From NCBI RefSeq assembly GCF_036321535.1, contig NC_087444.1, positions 80,414,001-80,478,000 of the forward strand: a stretch of 64,000 nt of DNA, read 5' to 3'. This DNA is from Camelus dromedarius (Eukaryota). The position numbers and the translations under genes are program-made. Below are positions 1-12,289 of the stretch, piece by piece. Under the pieces are notes generated by a model that was given only the letters and a program-made list of their open reading frames with translations, made no database searches and was not told the origin of the DNA. How positions within the stretch are numbered: the stretch's first letter is position 1; each line of letters starts with the position of its first letter.

Positions 1-1062
1 AGGTCTGCAGGGATGGGGCAGAGGAGGAACTTAGGAGAAGGGACCCGAGACCCAGAGATGGGCAGGGGAACCACTGCTAGTCACAGAGGAAGCAGCCAGC
101 AGAAAAAAAAAAAAATCACCTGTCTAAGCTCTAAAGAGCCCCATAATTAGTTTTTTGGGGCAGAGAAGATTGAAATGTCCATGGTGAAGAAAAAACAAAA
201 CTGGTGCCCACAGAATGACTTCCCAGTAGCTAAGTTTTGACCCTAATTGCCTGTGAGGGTGGATAGGGTGCACAGAGCCCTTGTCCAGGCCCCACCAGGA
301 CCCTCTGAACAGCAGTCCTCCACGTCTGTCCCCAGTCCCTGTCCCCACCCCCTCCGACCTCCGCTGGTCTCTGTGGTCCTCACCTGGGTCCACTATCAGC
401 ACCTGAGCCCCAGAGCTCAGCACTGCGTGCACCAGAGGCGCCCCCCGGCTGTGCGGGTTGATCCAGGCCACCGGACAGCCCAGCTTGGCTAGCCCCAGCC
501 ACAAGGCCAGGGCAGCCATGGTCTGTGAAGGCAGCATCAGGAGGGCGGTGGGCTCCCTGGCATGCAGGCCCAGGGCACCACCCAGCTCAGCTCTCATGGC
601 CCATGCTGCCCGGCAGGCTTGGGCGTCCAGCTCCCTGAAGGTGACCGACTGGCTCCCTGGCCCCGTCCACACCAAGATCGTGCGCCCTGGCTGGGCTCGC
701 GCCCACCGCTCAAAGGAATCTACGAAGGTATCAGGCCTCCGACGGTTCAGGCGCACCCAGGTCTTCAGGCCCAGGCAGAGGATGCTGAAGGTGTAGTTCA
801 GGTCAGCAGGCAGCCAGCGCAGCGCTGGGGGTGGCTGTGCTGGCAGCAGGGCCAGTGTGATGGCCACAGCTGCCACACTCAGCCAGGGGGGCATCCAGGG
901 GCCCAGCCAGGGCCACCCCAGCAGGGCCAGCCCCAGAAGCACCAAGCAGATGGAGTCTCCCAGGAGCCAGCGCAGCACCAGGGCCACTACTGCTGGCCAT
1001 GCTGACTGCCCCAGGCCTCCCACCAGCAACAGCAAAAAGGCCAGACGCCACCCGATGTCCAT
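1..1062 (-). CDS. SLC27A5: Solute carrier family 27 member 5 (FATP5 / bile acyl-CoA synthetase), 5' partial: exon 1 CDS 384..1062 plus the first 4 nt of exon 2 (1..4)
   Basis: ORF 124..1062 gives MDIGWRLAFLLLLVGGLGQ...DTFVDSFERWARAQPGR...GLAKLGCPVAWINPH...VLIVDP, matching the FATP5 N-terminus. GT donor at 383 (CCAG|GTGAG) and AG acceptor at 5-6 (CTGCAG|ACCT) rebuild the expected ...DP-D-L... junction. Syntenic next to ZBTB45. Confidence 0.95.
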
Positions 1063-2505
1063 GGCACCTGCTTCTGCCTCAGAAATGTCCAGGAGTGCTC
1101 ACTGCCCAGGTTGACAGCCCATTGGCCCCACCCCCTGGCTGTGGCCCAGGCTCTGTTAACCAGGGTGCTGGCTTCAGGACTCTGCACGCAGCTCTTCTCA
1201 GCCCCACCTGTCTGCTTCGCTCTGCTGGGTCTTCTGCATGGCTCCAGTACCCCTTCCCCTGTCCCACCCACTGTGTGCCAGGCACTTGGGAAACAGGCAG
1301 AAATCCTTGCTTGCAGAGAACTGCACTTTCAGTCAGGCCAAATGCAAAATCAGCAGGCTACCAAAGCAACTCTGGCTGTGAGCACTGCCTACCTGTCTGC
1401 AAACCTCACCAGGAGGTTCTCCTGTGGCACCTACTTAATCTGATCCACGGGGAGATGGGGCCTGGCCAGGGTGAGCCACTAGACTCTTGCCAGGTACACA
1501 GCAGGTACTCTGTAAGCATGTGAAAACTGCAGTGCCTGAATTGAAACCTAGCTCTGACCAACCCCCCCCAACCCATGTGTTCCACTCTGCAGCACTCTAC
1601 ATCAGTGGGGACCATGCTCAGGATTCAGGAGGCTGAATGTGGGTCTGGCAGTCTATGCACCATTGGACCTGAAAAGCCTTCGCCCCTCATCTCTGGGAGG
1701 CATTCACGGGGTAGTGCAAGGAACTGTTGCTATTGGCCCAGGAGCACGGCAAGTTGGGCCAGGGCAGCACACCACTGACCACACCCCCTTCAACTGGCTC
1801 CCCATGCTTTGGATAGGGTGCCCAGGCCATGGCCGGCAATGGACAGAGGCAGGAGGAAAGTAGCCTGGACCTGACACTGGCCAGCCAGCTTCAGCAGCCC
1901 TGTGAGCAGTCGAAGAGTTCTGGCTGCTGCTTTCTGTCCTTCCCCCACCCAGCCCTGCCTGACACTACAGCACCTGCCGCCCAGGGCAGTTATCCTGGGG
2001 CTCAGATCCCCTAATGGCAGCATGGCCACAAAGACCCTCTGTGCTCTCCAAAAGTGAGGTGCTCAAACCATCATGTCCATAGGGAAGGGGGAGGGGAATC
2101 TGAAGGCAGGGAGTCTGGCTGGAAGAAAAGGGTAGGGGGGCGGGGGGTGCTTGAAATCTGCGCCTTGGACAGCAGTCGCAGGACTGTAGTCAGGGATTTC
2201 CCACACGTGGCCTCCTTCTCCGAGAACCACCTCAAATGGGGCTGGCCTGAACCCCTCCCCACAGGGCCGAGGGCTCTAGGAGAGCCAAGCACCAGTCATG
2301 AGCACCCCACTCCCACCCAGAGAACAGAGGTACGAGATGGCAAAGTGGACCATCCTGTCCCAACCCAAGGGAGCCCAAGGAGCGGCAGGGGTGCTGGCCA
2401 GGGATAGGGGCACCAGGACCCAAGGCCCACAGCCGATCTGTGAAGGCGAGGAACACAGGCGTCCCAGAGCTCGTAATTCAGTACTTGGGGCCCATGGTCC
2501 AGTCC

Positions 2506-2511
2506 TTTATT
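2506..2511 (-). terminator. AATAAA polyadenylation signal, probably of ZBTB45
   Basis: TTTATT on the + strand about 480 nt past the ZBTB45 stop. Confidence 0.65.
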
Positions 2512-2986
2512 ACAGAGCAGGGGCTCCCAGACTAGGCCTCTGTCCATGACGGGTCCACCTGAGGCTCCTTAGATGCCAGATGAGGGAGTAGCTCGGGGTG
2601 GGGCGCCAGGGACCTCGACCGGCCTAATACAGGAGCAGCCCTAGACTCCGCCCACTCACGGGAGAGGGAGGGGAGTGAATCCCAGCTGGAGTCAAGAATC
2701 CTGGGCTCGGCACCATGGGTGAGTCCTGGTTCAGGCTGGAGATGATCCAGTTTCCAGAGGTGGTCGGGTCCTCGACCAGCCCGCCACCGCCCCGAGGGTC
2801 TGAATACGTGGGAGGAGAGGAGTGAGGCGAGCTGGGCTGGAGAAAAGGGTGGAAGCAGAAGGAAGGCCTGCGCTGAGGAAAAAGCGTGGTTTGGCTGCGG
2901 GAACGTGGTCCAGGTGCCGCAGCAGGTGTCGCCTCCTCGGTGCGCGCTGCCGACCCCGGGGGGAGTGGTCAGGCCCCAGGCCAGGG

Positions 2987-5135
2987 TCAGGGCGCAGGGT
3001 GCGCTGCCAGGTGGCGCTCCAGCAGCGCGCGGTGCGAGAAGACCTTGCCGCAGGCAGGGCAGGGCGCGCGCTCTGGCCGGTGGGTGCGCATATGCACGTT
3101 GAGCGAGCTCTTCTGCGTGAAGCGCTTGGCGCAAACAGCGCACTGGAAGGCGCGCACGCCCGTGTGCGTGACCATGTGCTTGAGCAGGTAGTCGCGCAGC
3201 GAGAAAGATCGCCAGCACACGGCGCACTGATGGGGCTTCTCCCCTGAGGGCGACAAAGGCAGGCAGCGCACTCAGGTCAGCTGGGAAGGGGCCCCGGGGT
3301 GCCTTTGTCAGGCAGGGACTCTACTCCTCACCCGGACCAACCTTCAACCCAGAATCCCCCCGCCCGGCAGGGACGGACCTCTCCCAGACCCTTAGGGTCA
3401 AACCTGTGTACCACTGCCTGTCAGTGTCCCACAACTCCAACAGGTAGAGAACCCCGCAGGTCTAGGACATCGTTCCCCATCGAGGCTGACCACTCAGGTC
3501 TACCCCACCTCCAGGGACCTCCCAGCCCCCAAACGCACAGCATCTGGCACAGGGCTGGGTGCCCCTCCCCCACCCCTACCACGCCAAGAGAGCATTCTGA
3601 ACTCTCTGGACGCTGGCCACCGTTCTGAGGACAGTCCAGCAAGGCCAGTATCTTTACACTGGGTGAGACCCAGGCATACCTGCCCCCTCTCTGCTGGCCG
3701 CCATAATGTCCCCGGGGTGAGAGTAGGATGCCCCCCTCACCTTGAATCAGAGAAGGGATGACAGGCTGTGTCTACCCCTAAGGTCTTCAAGTATTAACAA
3801 AAAAGCCTGTCTCCAATGATCAAGGGGCTCAGAGACCCACCCCGACTCACCCGAGTGGATGAACATGTGCTTGGTGTAGTTTTTCCGAGAGCTGAACGTC
3901 TTGCGGCAGTGACTGCACTCGTAGGCGGGCGGCTCGGCCCCCGGGGCGCGCGCAGTGGTTGTCGAGGGGGCCACGGTGGGAGCGGCCGGTGGGGCCGAGG
4001 CTTCCCCCAGAGGCGCGCTGGGAGCTGCGTCTGGCTGGAGCGAAGGGTAAAAGGCGGGCGGGGGCGCGGGGGCCGGCCCAGAGGGCGCGGGAGGGGTTTG
4101 CGCAGGTGTCCCGGGAGCGCCCAGATGAAAGGGGAAAAGCGCGACAGGCGGCCCAGGGGTCTTCACGCCAGGTGGACGGGGTACAGACAGGACGCAGTCG
4201 GGCGGGGCCGGGGTCTCGGTGGGACAGCCTTCAGGGGCGGTTTGATCCCGGTCTTGCCAAGAGGAGACGTAGCTGTCGGGGAACACGTCCTCGGCCGCAG
4301 AAGTCCCCCGGAGGAAGTCCCTCCCGTCTCCGCCGTAATCAGAGAGGCCGGCGGGCGCAGGCGGCTCCTCGCGCGCTGCATCAGCGGCCGCGGGGAGGAA
4401 GCCCGCGGTGCAGTCGGGGAAAGAAGGGGGCGCCTGGCCCTCACCCGGGCCGCCACCTTCGCCATCCTCGCCGTCGGTCTCGTCATCTGTCTCCTCCTCG
4501 TCGTCGTCACCGCCGTCGTCTGGGGCCGCGGTCAGAGCGGGGTCGGCATCTGAGCCCTCCGCCTTGGCAGAAGCGGGGGGCGCAGGCAGCTGCAGGCGCG
4601 CGGGCTGGCGTTGCTTGCGGCTGTGCGCGGCACCGGTGTGGCCTGGGGGTCGGGCGGCCAGCAAGTGGCGCAGGCGGTGGCGCAGCTGCGCGGGCGCGAG
4701 CGGCGGGGGCACTGGCGTTGGCAGGGGCGCGGGCGCGGGGGTGCCCGAGGCAGGGGCGCGGGCGCGGGCGATGATCTGTGTGCATTCGTCGATCACCGTC
4801 TGGATGCGCAGCACCGACGCGGCTGTGAGCACCTGCAGCGCTTCACCCTGCGCCACCACTAGCGAGCCGCTGTAGAGGAACTCGACGAGCTGGCGCACTG
4901 TCTGCGCGGGCACCACAGGGGGCACGCGGATCTCGGAGTGGCCGAGCAGCAACTTGTCCTGGAAGAAGGGCGAGCCAGCGGCCAACACACAGCGATGTGC
5001 ACGCAGTGAAGCCTCGCGGATGCGCACAGTCACGTCACAGAAGTGCCCACCCAGCCGCTGCCCGTTGAGGGTCTCAAGCAGAGAGCGGGAGAAGTTCTGC
5101 AGGTGAATGTGATGCACCGCCTCGGTCGCCGCCAT
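2987..5135 (-). CDS. ZBTB45: Zinc finger and BTB domain protein 45, 513 aa; join(complement 3851..5135, 2987..3243)
   Basis: [39 protein letters not shown] (BTB), Pro/acidic linker, four C2H2 fingers (YECSHC, HQCAVC, FQCAVC, APCPAC). CAG acceptor directly before ATG 5135, GT donor at 3850, AG acceptor at 3244-3245. Total 1542 nt = 514 codons. Confidence 0.96.
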
Positions 5136-6739
5136 CTGCACCGAACAAGGGGGTGTGAGTGAGGGGAAGTCAGACGGGGACCGCCCCCCTCTCTGCTTCA
5201 GCGTTCCCATCCCTTCAGCGGGACAGGGCCCAAGGGTGACCCACACCCCAGGCTCCAGGAGCCTCAGCCCTCTCCAACGCCCCTGGTCTCCTCGAAGTCC
5301 TGGTCACCAACACAGCAGGACGCCCCGCCCCCACTCCAGGACTTCTGCAGCCCCCTCTGCCTCCACAGCCCCCAGCACACCGCTGGGAGAGGGTTGGGGG
5401 TACCAAAGGTTTGCCCCCTCCCGTTCTTGCTTCCTGCCAGAAGTGGGGAGGACCAGGGCTCCTGTCCCCCATCCTGCCCCACCCATTCACCCTTTCCCTA
5501 ACTCCCAACATCCATAAGCCTTCCCCACGTCCCCTTCCCGTCGTCCTCCGAGGGGACAGTCCTGTGGAGAAGAGGGCAGAAACCCTTATCTAGAACAGGC
5601 TGCCAGGTCTCACCCACTCCCCACCCTGCTGGCTGTGGCTCCCACTGCTAGAAACTTCTTTCTGATCTCCCCTTGACACAGTCCTCAACCTTTGGAGCAT
5701 CTAAGGCCCTGTGCAGACCCAGGTCTGCTGCCTCAAAACCTGGTTGTATTAACGAGTGTATACGGAGGTCTTTGCAGCGGGGAGGCTGGCACGACCTGCC
5801 TCTGGGGCTAAGCGATTGGGGGTGAGCATAGTCACAAAGAGCTGAGAGGCGGTTGGGCCTTAGTCTGGCAGGTGCCCTACTAGAGGAAGATACATGGTCT
5901 CTGGCAGACCCCAGCACAGCTGGTAGGAGATGCCTCCTGCAGCCTGGTGCTTCCTGGAATCTTGATGGAGCCTGTGGGGTGCAGGGTGTGAGTTTGCCAT
6001 AGAAAGGGGGCCTGTGCACTGCACAGAGGGGTGTAATTGGCTGAGTGCAGCTGGAGCAACAGAGGCCTCGAGATAGGCATGGCTGAGCAATCTGGAAGCT
6101 TCTTGTTAAACTGTGGCCTTGAAACCCCAGCACTGCCCACCCTCAGGTACCGGAAAGGGGAGGGAGTACTGCCCCCCAGGAAACTCTAGGAATCTGAGAA
6201 GCTCTGCTGCTTCACCATCAAACAGGCACCATGCCTGCTAGGCCTGTTTCCCCTCTATCAGATAAGGCTGAGATACCTGGCTCACCTTGCACTGAGGCCA
6301 CACACACCTCCAGTCAATCCAGACACAGGATATACCCTGAGACCCGCCCATTCTGCACCAGCCTGGCTCAGGTGGGGTCACAGCCCCAGAGTGAGGCCTC
6401 TCTTAACCCTTGGGGTCTACTGGGGTCTCAGACTCACGCCCTCTGGCTCCTTATGCCCAAACCACCTTTCCTTTGCTGAGGTCATGCATGCTCCACATCT
6501 GACCCCTCAGACCACTTTGCATACCTCTACTGCCCCAGTAACCTCCTCCCGGCCCCCCACCTCCTGGTCTATTCCCTACGCGACAGGCAGAGGGAGCCTG
6601 TTCAGACCTAACAGATCAGGACCCTCCTTAGCTCAGAGCTCCTCATGGCAGTTCCTTGAACAGGCCAAGTCTTTGCACGTGCCATTACCTCTACCACAAA
6701 CACTCTTCACTGTCTTTATTCACCCAGCATCTAAAGAAT

Positions 6740-7760
6740 TCCAAATCCGTGCCCGGGCGACGAGGGAAGAAACCTGCGCCTCAATCCGTGGGGACTGAAC
6801 CCTTCCTCTTACGATCCTTCCCCTCCCTGCTCCCCGGCAGGCTCCGATTACAGGGCAGGTGCAGCAGAGCCTTCTGGGCGCTTCGGAACAAAGGCCCACC
6901 TTGAGACGCTGCACCCAAGCATCCTCACCACCACGCTTTGGTGCACACCATGCTCATTGCTGTGATCACCCTCTCCCGTTCTCTGCGCCATTGCTCATGC
7001 CTCACCCTGAGACCAGCGCCCTTCTCTGATCTGCTGCCGCCGTACCCGCTCCAGACCCAGCCGGCCTAGGTTTCCCGCCTCCGCGCCCTGCCCCAGTCCT
7101 GCAGCGCCCCCTCACGTATGCAGCGCGCGCTCCAAGCCTAGCGCGGCCGCCCCTGCCGTGGCACACCCCAGCCTCCCCGCCGGCCCTGCGGCAGGGGGAT
7201 GCCCGCCTGACCCCACCTCCGGCTCCTCCTCAGGCACCAGGCCGGGCAGTGGCCGCCTCCAGCTCACCACCTCCGGGGCTGCACTTCCGGGCCACAAGGC
7301 CCGCGGAACCAAATTCCGCAGCCGCTGCGGCGCGGGGAAGTACTAGGTCAGTGCACGTTTCCGGTGTCTCCATGGAGATCAGCCGCCGCCACCAGGACGC
7401 ACTTCCGGCTCTCGTCTGGGAACCAAAGTCGCAGGAGCGAGGGAAGCTTGCGGCGTCCCCTAGAGACGGGGCGGGGGCGGGGCCTGCGCTGTCACTCTTC
7501 GGGCCACGCCCCCTCACGTGTGCTGGGCGAGAATGAGGGTGAGAGGGCTCTCTGCGCTGAAGACCCGGGAGGGTCCCGGCAGGCTTGAACCCAACCACAT
7601 CCGGGAGTCGGTTTCCTCCTCGTAACCTGGGTGCGAGCAGCGGCAGGGCTCGCCCTGGTGTCGGACTCCAGCCCAGTGTGGGGCCTGGGGGCTGCGAGTG
7701 GGATGCGGCCCGGCTCTGAGCCGCGTCCCAGGTAGAAGGTGGAGGCAGCTGACTCGATGC
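6740..7760 (-). promoter_or_regulatory. CpG-island promoter and non-coding first exon of ZBTB45
   Basis: CpG-dense; ETS-type ACTTCCGG motifs near 7283 and 7401; GC box GGGGCGGGG near 7468; candidate minus-strand donor GTGAG near 7264-7268. Confidence 0.75.
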
Positions 7761-9039
7761 CCCTACAGCAGGCCCACCTTCCCCAGGGCGAATAGTGAAC
7801 AAGTAAACGTCCACTGAACGCCCTCTGCAGGCCCCACTCTGGGGCGGCACTCAGAAGAGAAAGGGAGTTGGGGCCGAGATGGATGGTACGTCTTCCAGGA
7901 GGGTGGTGCGTGCGTGGCCAGACTCCAAAGACCAGAAGGCACTTTAGGGGACAGAATCGTGGGAAGAGTTCTCTGGGCAGAGGAACAGCCTTGGTCTGTT
8001 GGCTGTCCACCACACCCATGACCCAGGCCCCCTAAATGGTGAGGCTGCGGTGGTAGGCTTCCTGGGCCCACACATGGGGGCTGAAGGGTGGCAGGCGGGC
8101 CTGGACCTCAGTGGACCCCAGGCCTTTTGCAGCAGGCGTGGAATCTGGCGCGGAGGGGCCTGACTTCTCAGCTGCCAGTATAGGGACAAAGTCAGCGTGC
8201 TTGCTTCCCACCTTAGGTAGCTGCTGAGCCAGTGTGATGAAGGTTAGGAAAGGGAGGGGATATGCTGGTGGGGAGACCACTGTCCCCAGCGGCAGCCTGT
8301 TCCATGGCCCGTGCCCTGAGGAACCTCATTAAAATCCGAATCTCATGGCCTTATTGTCCTCATCCAGAATCTGGGCCCCTCACCATGGCCTACCCAGCTC
8401 ACAGGGTCTCCTCCATCCAACCTCTCCTCCCCAGTTCCTATCACTGCTAATTCTTCTCTGGCTTTACAGGCCCCTTGCTGTGCCCACCTCGACCTGTGAG
8501 GCCAGGGGTTCAACTGTGTCCTTCACCTTGACAGGCAGCTGCTGCCCAAACTGTGACCCAAACAGGAGTGGAGGTGCCAACAGCTGCTTCACCCTGCCCT
8601 GCACCTGATTCCATAGGACTCTGGGGCATTAGGTCAGAATTCTGAAAATGCCTCTTCCAACATTCTATGCCCAAATGCCCAGACCTGTGAACAGTTACAG
8701 TACATGGCAGACATAATAAAGGTTACTAATCAGCCGACCTTAAAGGAGGAGATGGTCCTGCAGTGTTTGAGTGGGCCCAAGGGAACCATGAGGGCCCTTA
8801 GAGGCAGAAGCAGAAACAGACTTGAAGGAGGAGAAGGAGGCCAGGGCTTTGAAGGTGGGAGGCCCACGTGACAAGAAATATGGGGGGGGGGTTGAGTCGA
8901 GAATCTGAGAAGGGCCCTGGGAGACAGCCAGCAAGAAAACAGGGACCTCATTCCTACCCTGCATGGAACTGGGTTCTGCCAACAACCTGACTGAGATAGG
9001 AAGCCGGCTCTTCCCCAGAACTTCCAGATGAGAGCCCGG

Positions 9040-9188
9040 CCCTGCCCACAGCATCATGGCATCCTGTGTGAGATCCAAGCAGATTACGCTGCCCAGGTTT
9101 CTGACCTACAGAACGGTGAGCTAATAATTGATGTTTTCAGCCACAGAGTTTGTCGTAATGTGTTAAGTAGCAACAGAAAATGAACACA
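9040..9188 (+). mobile_element. MaLR (MLT1-like) LTR 3' fragment
   Basis: ...ttctgacctacagaacggtgagctaataattgatgttttcagccac...gtagcaacagaaaatgaacaca resembles the MLT1 LTR terminus. Confidence 0.55.
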
Positions 9189-10718
9189 GCTGCCAGAGAC
9201 TCAGGGCCTTCGCACAGGAAATCTGATAAATACCTGCCGATTGCCTGTCTCTTGCTGAATGCTTTATTCCTGCCTTACCAGCGTGTATTAGGCACTGTGG
9301 TGGTCTCATCTCCCATCCTACGAGCAGAGGGACTCCCGCGTAAGAGAGGGAACCAGCCATCCAGGTGTGGCTGAAACAGCATCAGGGCAAGTGGAAAGGC
9401 ATATGTGAGGGCTGTAAGCAGGGAGGGTGGCCCTCCTTTGGGAGAGGCAGGTGAGAGAATTGTGGGCTGAGCTGCTGTCGGGGTGGAGGTGGAGACCACA
9501 GTCCCATCAGCGTGTTTAAAGGACCGTGGGGACAGTGGCGGCCCACACAAGAGGCCCAGAAGACAGCAGTGGCTGCTCAGGCCTCAGTAGGGAAAGCCAG
9601 AAGGGGACAGATTCAGGGTAGGAAGGAGAGGGCAGAAAAGTTCTCAGCAGAAGAGGGTGAGAGGGAGGATCTGGCCAGGAAGGAGTGTGGGAGGCAGGAG
9701 GAAAATCCCAAACCTGACCCCTCTCAAGTGGCAAAGGGATTGGGAGCTGTGGCCTCCAGCATCACAAGCCTTGAGAAAAATATCTATTTCGCTTTTCTTT
9801 CCAAAGACCTTGTGCGGTGATTGTGGGGACATCTCAGGGAATAAATAGGGTGGCTGAGGACACAGGTTTAATCAGCTAGGGAGGGGCCGAAGTGGCCTGT
9901 GAATACTGAAAATGGCAGACCAGATCTGAGAGTCTTAGAGGCAGTCGGGGAGAAGGAGCAGGCGACACTGGCCAACCATCGAGGGAAGAACCCGTAAGCT
10001 CCTCCTAAGCCCACCAAGGCGGAGAATCCCGATCTACACACACACCGCTTATGTCAGGAGTCAGAGGGCTCAGCCTCTGCTCCCAGGTCACCCAGGGTCC
10101 CAGCCCCTCTCTACCCTTCTTCTGTAGCAGCCACTGCCCATGGGTGAAGCCCAGTGTTCAGGTCTCTAGGCCAGCCCTAGTCTAGGTGGGTGTGGGCTGT
10201 GCCAGGTGTGTGATGCAGGGCTCAGACCCTGGTGCACACCTCCGTCTGCTGGGAGCATCCCTCAGCCCAGGGGCTGAACACTGAGTGCGGCCCCAGAGGG
10301 ATGCCTTCCGGTCAAGGCAGATAGGGTGGAAGCAGGTACCTGTGGTCGGTCCTGAGAGGAAATGGGGAGCCCTCTGTGATGGGGGAGCTGCATGGCAGGA
10401 CCCCTATCACCCCAGAAAGCCCCTGGAGGCAGCAGGTTGGGGAGGGGGCGGGAGGGGAGCGCGGACCCAGGTCCCGGTGGAGCCCAAGGAGGCAGTAGGA
10501 ACAACAGGTGGGACCCAGCCAGGTTCCTTCAGGACTTACCAGAAAAGAAACATCCAGACCGGCCTCAGGGACTGCCACTGGGTCAGGATGAGGAGTAAGT
10601 GCAACTTAGAGAGTTTCACTTGCTTTCATATGTAAAAGACAACCCCCCAGTAGCCTTATGGACCCAGGCCTGAGGAAACCACAGGGGAAGGAGGAAACCT
10701 GAACTGAAATAATCACCA

Positions 10719-10878
10719 TTTTTGGGAGGGGAGGCAATTAGGCTTAATTAATTAGTTATTATTTTGTGGAATAATTTTAGGTATATTTCTTTCTTTATTT
10801 ATTTTAATGGAGTTACTGGAGAGTGAAGCCAGGACCTCATGCTAAGTGCGCACTCCACCACTGAGCTATACCCTCCCC
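10719..10878 (-). mobile_element. tRNA-derived SINE (camelid Vic-1-like)
   Basis: Reverse complement starts GGGGAGGGTATAGCTCAGTGGTGGAGTGCGCAC...GGTCCTGG (A/B boxes), with an AT-rich middle and ...AATTGCCTCCCC tail. Confidence 0.8.
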
Positions 10879-11130
10879 ACTGGAATAATAATCTTAACAG
10901 AACTACCACCACTGTCACTTCAGGGTCCCTGCACCCTAGTGTAGGCCTTTGGATTAATTTTCCAAAGGAAAAAAAAAGCAAGAAACACAGAAAACAATAT
11001 AGCACACACTGGAGCACTTAACATTCCCAAATTAGCATATATTCTTTTGTCTTTTTTTGTCCTATTTTTAGTAGATCAAAAAATTGTTTTTAATTAAAAA
11101 AAACCTTATTTTTCTAAAGTAAATCTTGTC

Positions 11131-11268
11131 GGGGGGGTGAGAATAGCTCTGGTAGAGCGCATGAGGTCCTGGGTTCAATCCCCAGTGCCTCCATTAAATA
11201 AACAAACAAACAAACAAACAAACAAACAAACAAACCTAATTATCCCTTTTCCCCCTCAAAAAAAGACA
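11131..11268 (+). mobile_element. tRNA-derived SINE (camelid Vic-1-like) containing a (CAAA)n tract
   Basis: ATAGCTCTGGTAGAG...GTCCTGGGTTCAATCCCCAGTGCCTCC B box; (CAAA)n at about 11200-11234; degenerate flanking duplication aaagtaaatcttgt / aaaggaaagcttgt. Confidence 0.8.
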
Positions 11269-12289
11269 AAAGGAAAGCTTGTAGGTGGAGGGAAAAGCCC
11301 CTGGAGGTGGCACACCTAGGCAGTTCTGTTCCTTCCAGACTCCTGCTCCATTCCCGGTTTAATGCACCCACTAAATAGGTTACAGTGTTTGTGCTAATCA
11401 GTGTTCCTCAGGTCCCTCCCATCTCATCTTTGCTCCTGGTGCCCTGGGGCTTGGAATTCCTGGCCCAGGGGCCCAGCACAGCCCTTCTTACCTCTTATCA
11501 CCAACTCTGTCCTATAATTCGCCCATCTCATGTGCACATATGAGCCAACCACTTTTAGTAAATTTGCCATTTTGTGTAACTCTTAGCATCTTCCTGTTCT
11601 AGAACATTTCTCCCATCCCCAGTGAGATCCCTGTGCCCATCCACTGTGAGTCCCTGGTCCCACCCTGTCCCGGCAACCACATATCTATTGTCACTATAGA
11701 TTTGCCTTGCTGGATATTTCATATCGAAGAAATTGCACACTGTGAGGTCTCCATCACTTTGCCTCTGGCCACTGTGCCTCCCACCCAGATGTTGTGAATT
11801 TTGTCTAGTTGGATTGTTCATTTTTTTCCACTCCGGAGCTGTGCCTTTGGCTTCTGGTCTGAAAGCACCTCCTTGCTGAGGTGGGAAACTGAGGCAGAAC
11901 AGCCTAGCCTTGCTCTTGCAGGCTGTCTTCCTCTGGGTCCATGGTGGCTGATGTCCACCCTGACCTGTTTGTGTTTAAGACATTGATTAAGTCTTCTCTT
12001 AAACTCAGGATGCATCTTTTAAAAAACAAGGATGGTTTCCTAGTGGTCTGTCCTTGGAAGCTGCCTTGCTCTTTGACAGGTCCATGTCAAGTCACCATCT
12101 GTCCACAAATGGGCCCTGATGGCTGGTTTGTCTCTGCCCAGGACCCGTTGTTCAGGATGTCTCAGGTCCTTTGCTCCCTGTTGATCCAGAAGCGTCACTT
12201 CCCCTTTTAAAATTAAGGTAATACCCCTGGCGCTCCCCATCCCCGTTTCCCGCGAGGGGGCGGGGCGGGGTCCTCCGGCAAAAAAAAAA

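Noticed and set aside
1080-1400. FXR IR-1 or HNF4 element in the SLC27A5 promoter
   Set aside because: Only degenerate matches (for example TGGGCAgTGAGCA on -); not supportable by eye.
5136-5246. N-terminal extension MWVTLGP... of the ZBTB45 ORF
   Set aside because: Intron sequence; a CAG acceptor sits directly before the conserved MAATEAV start.
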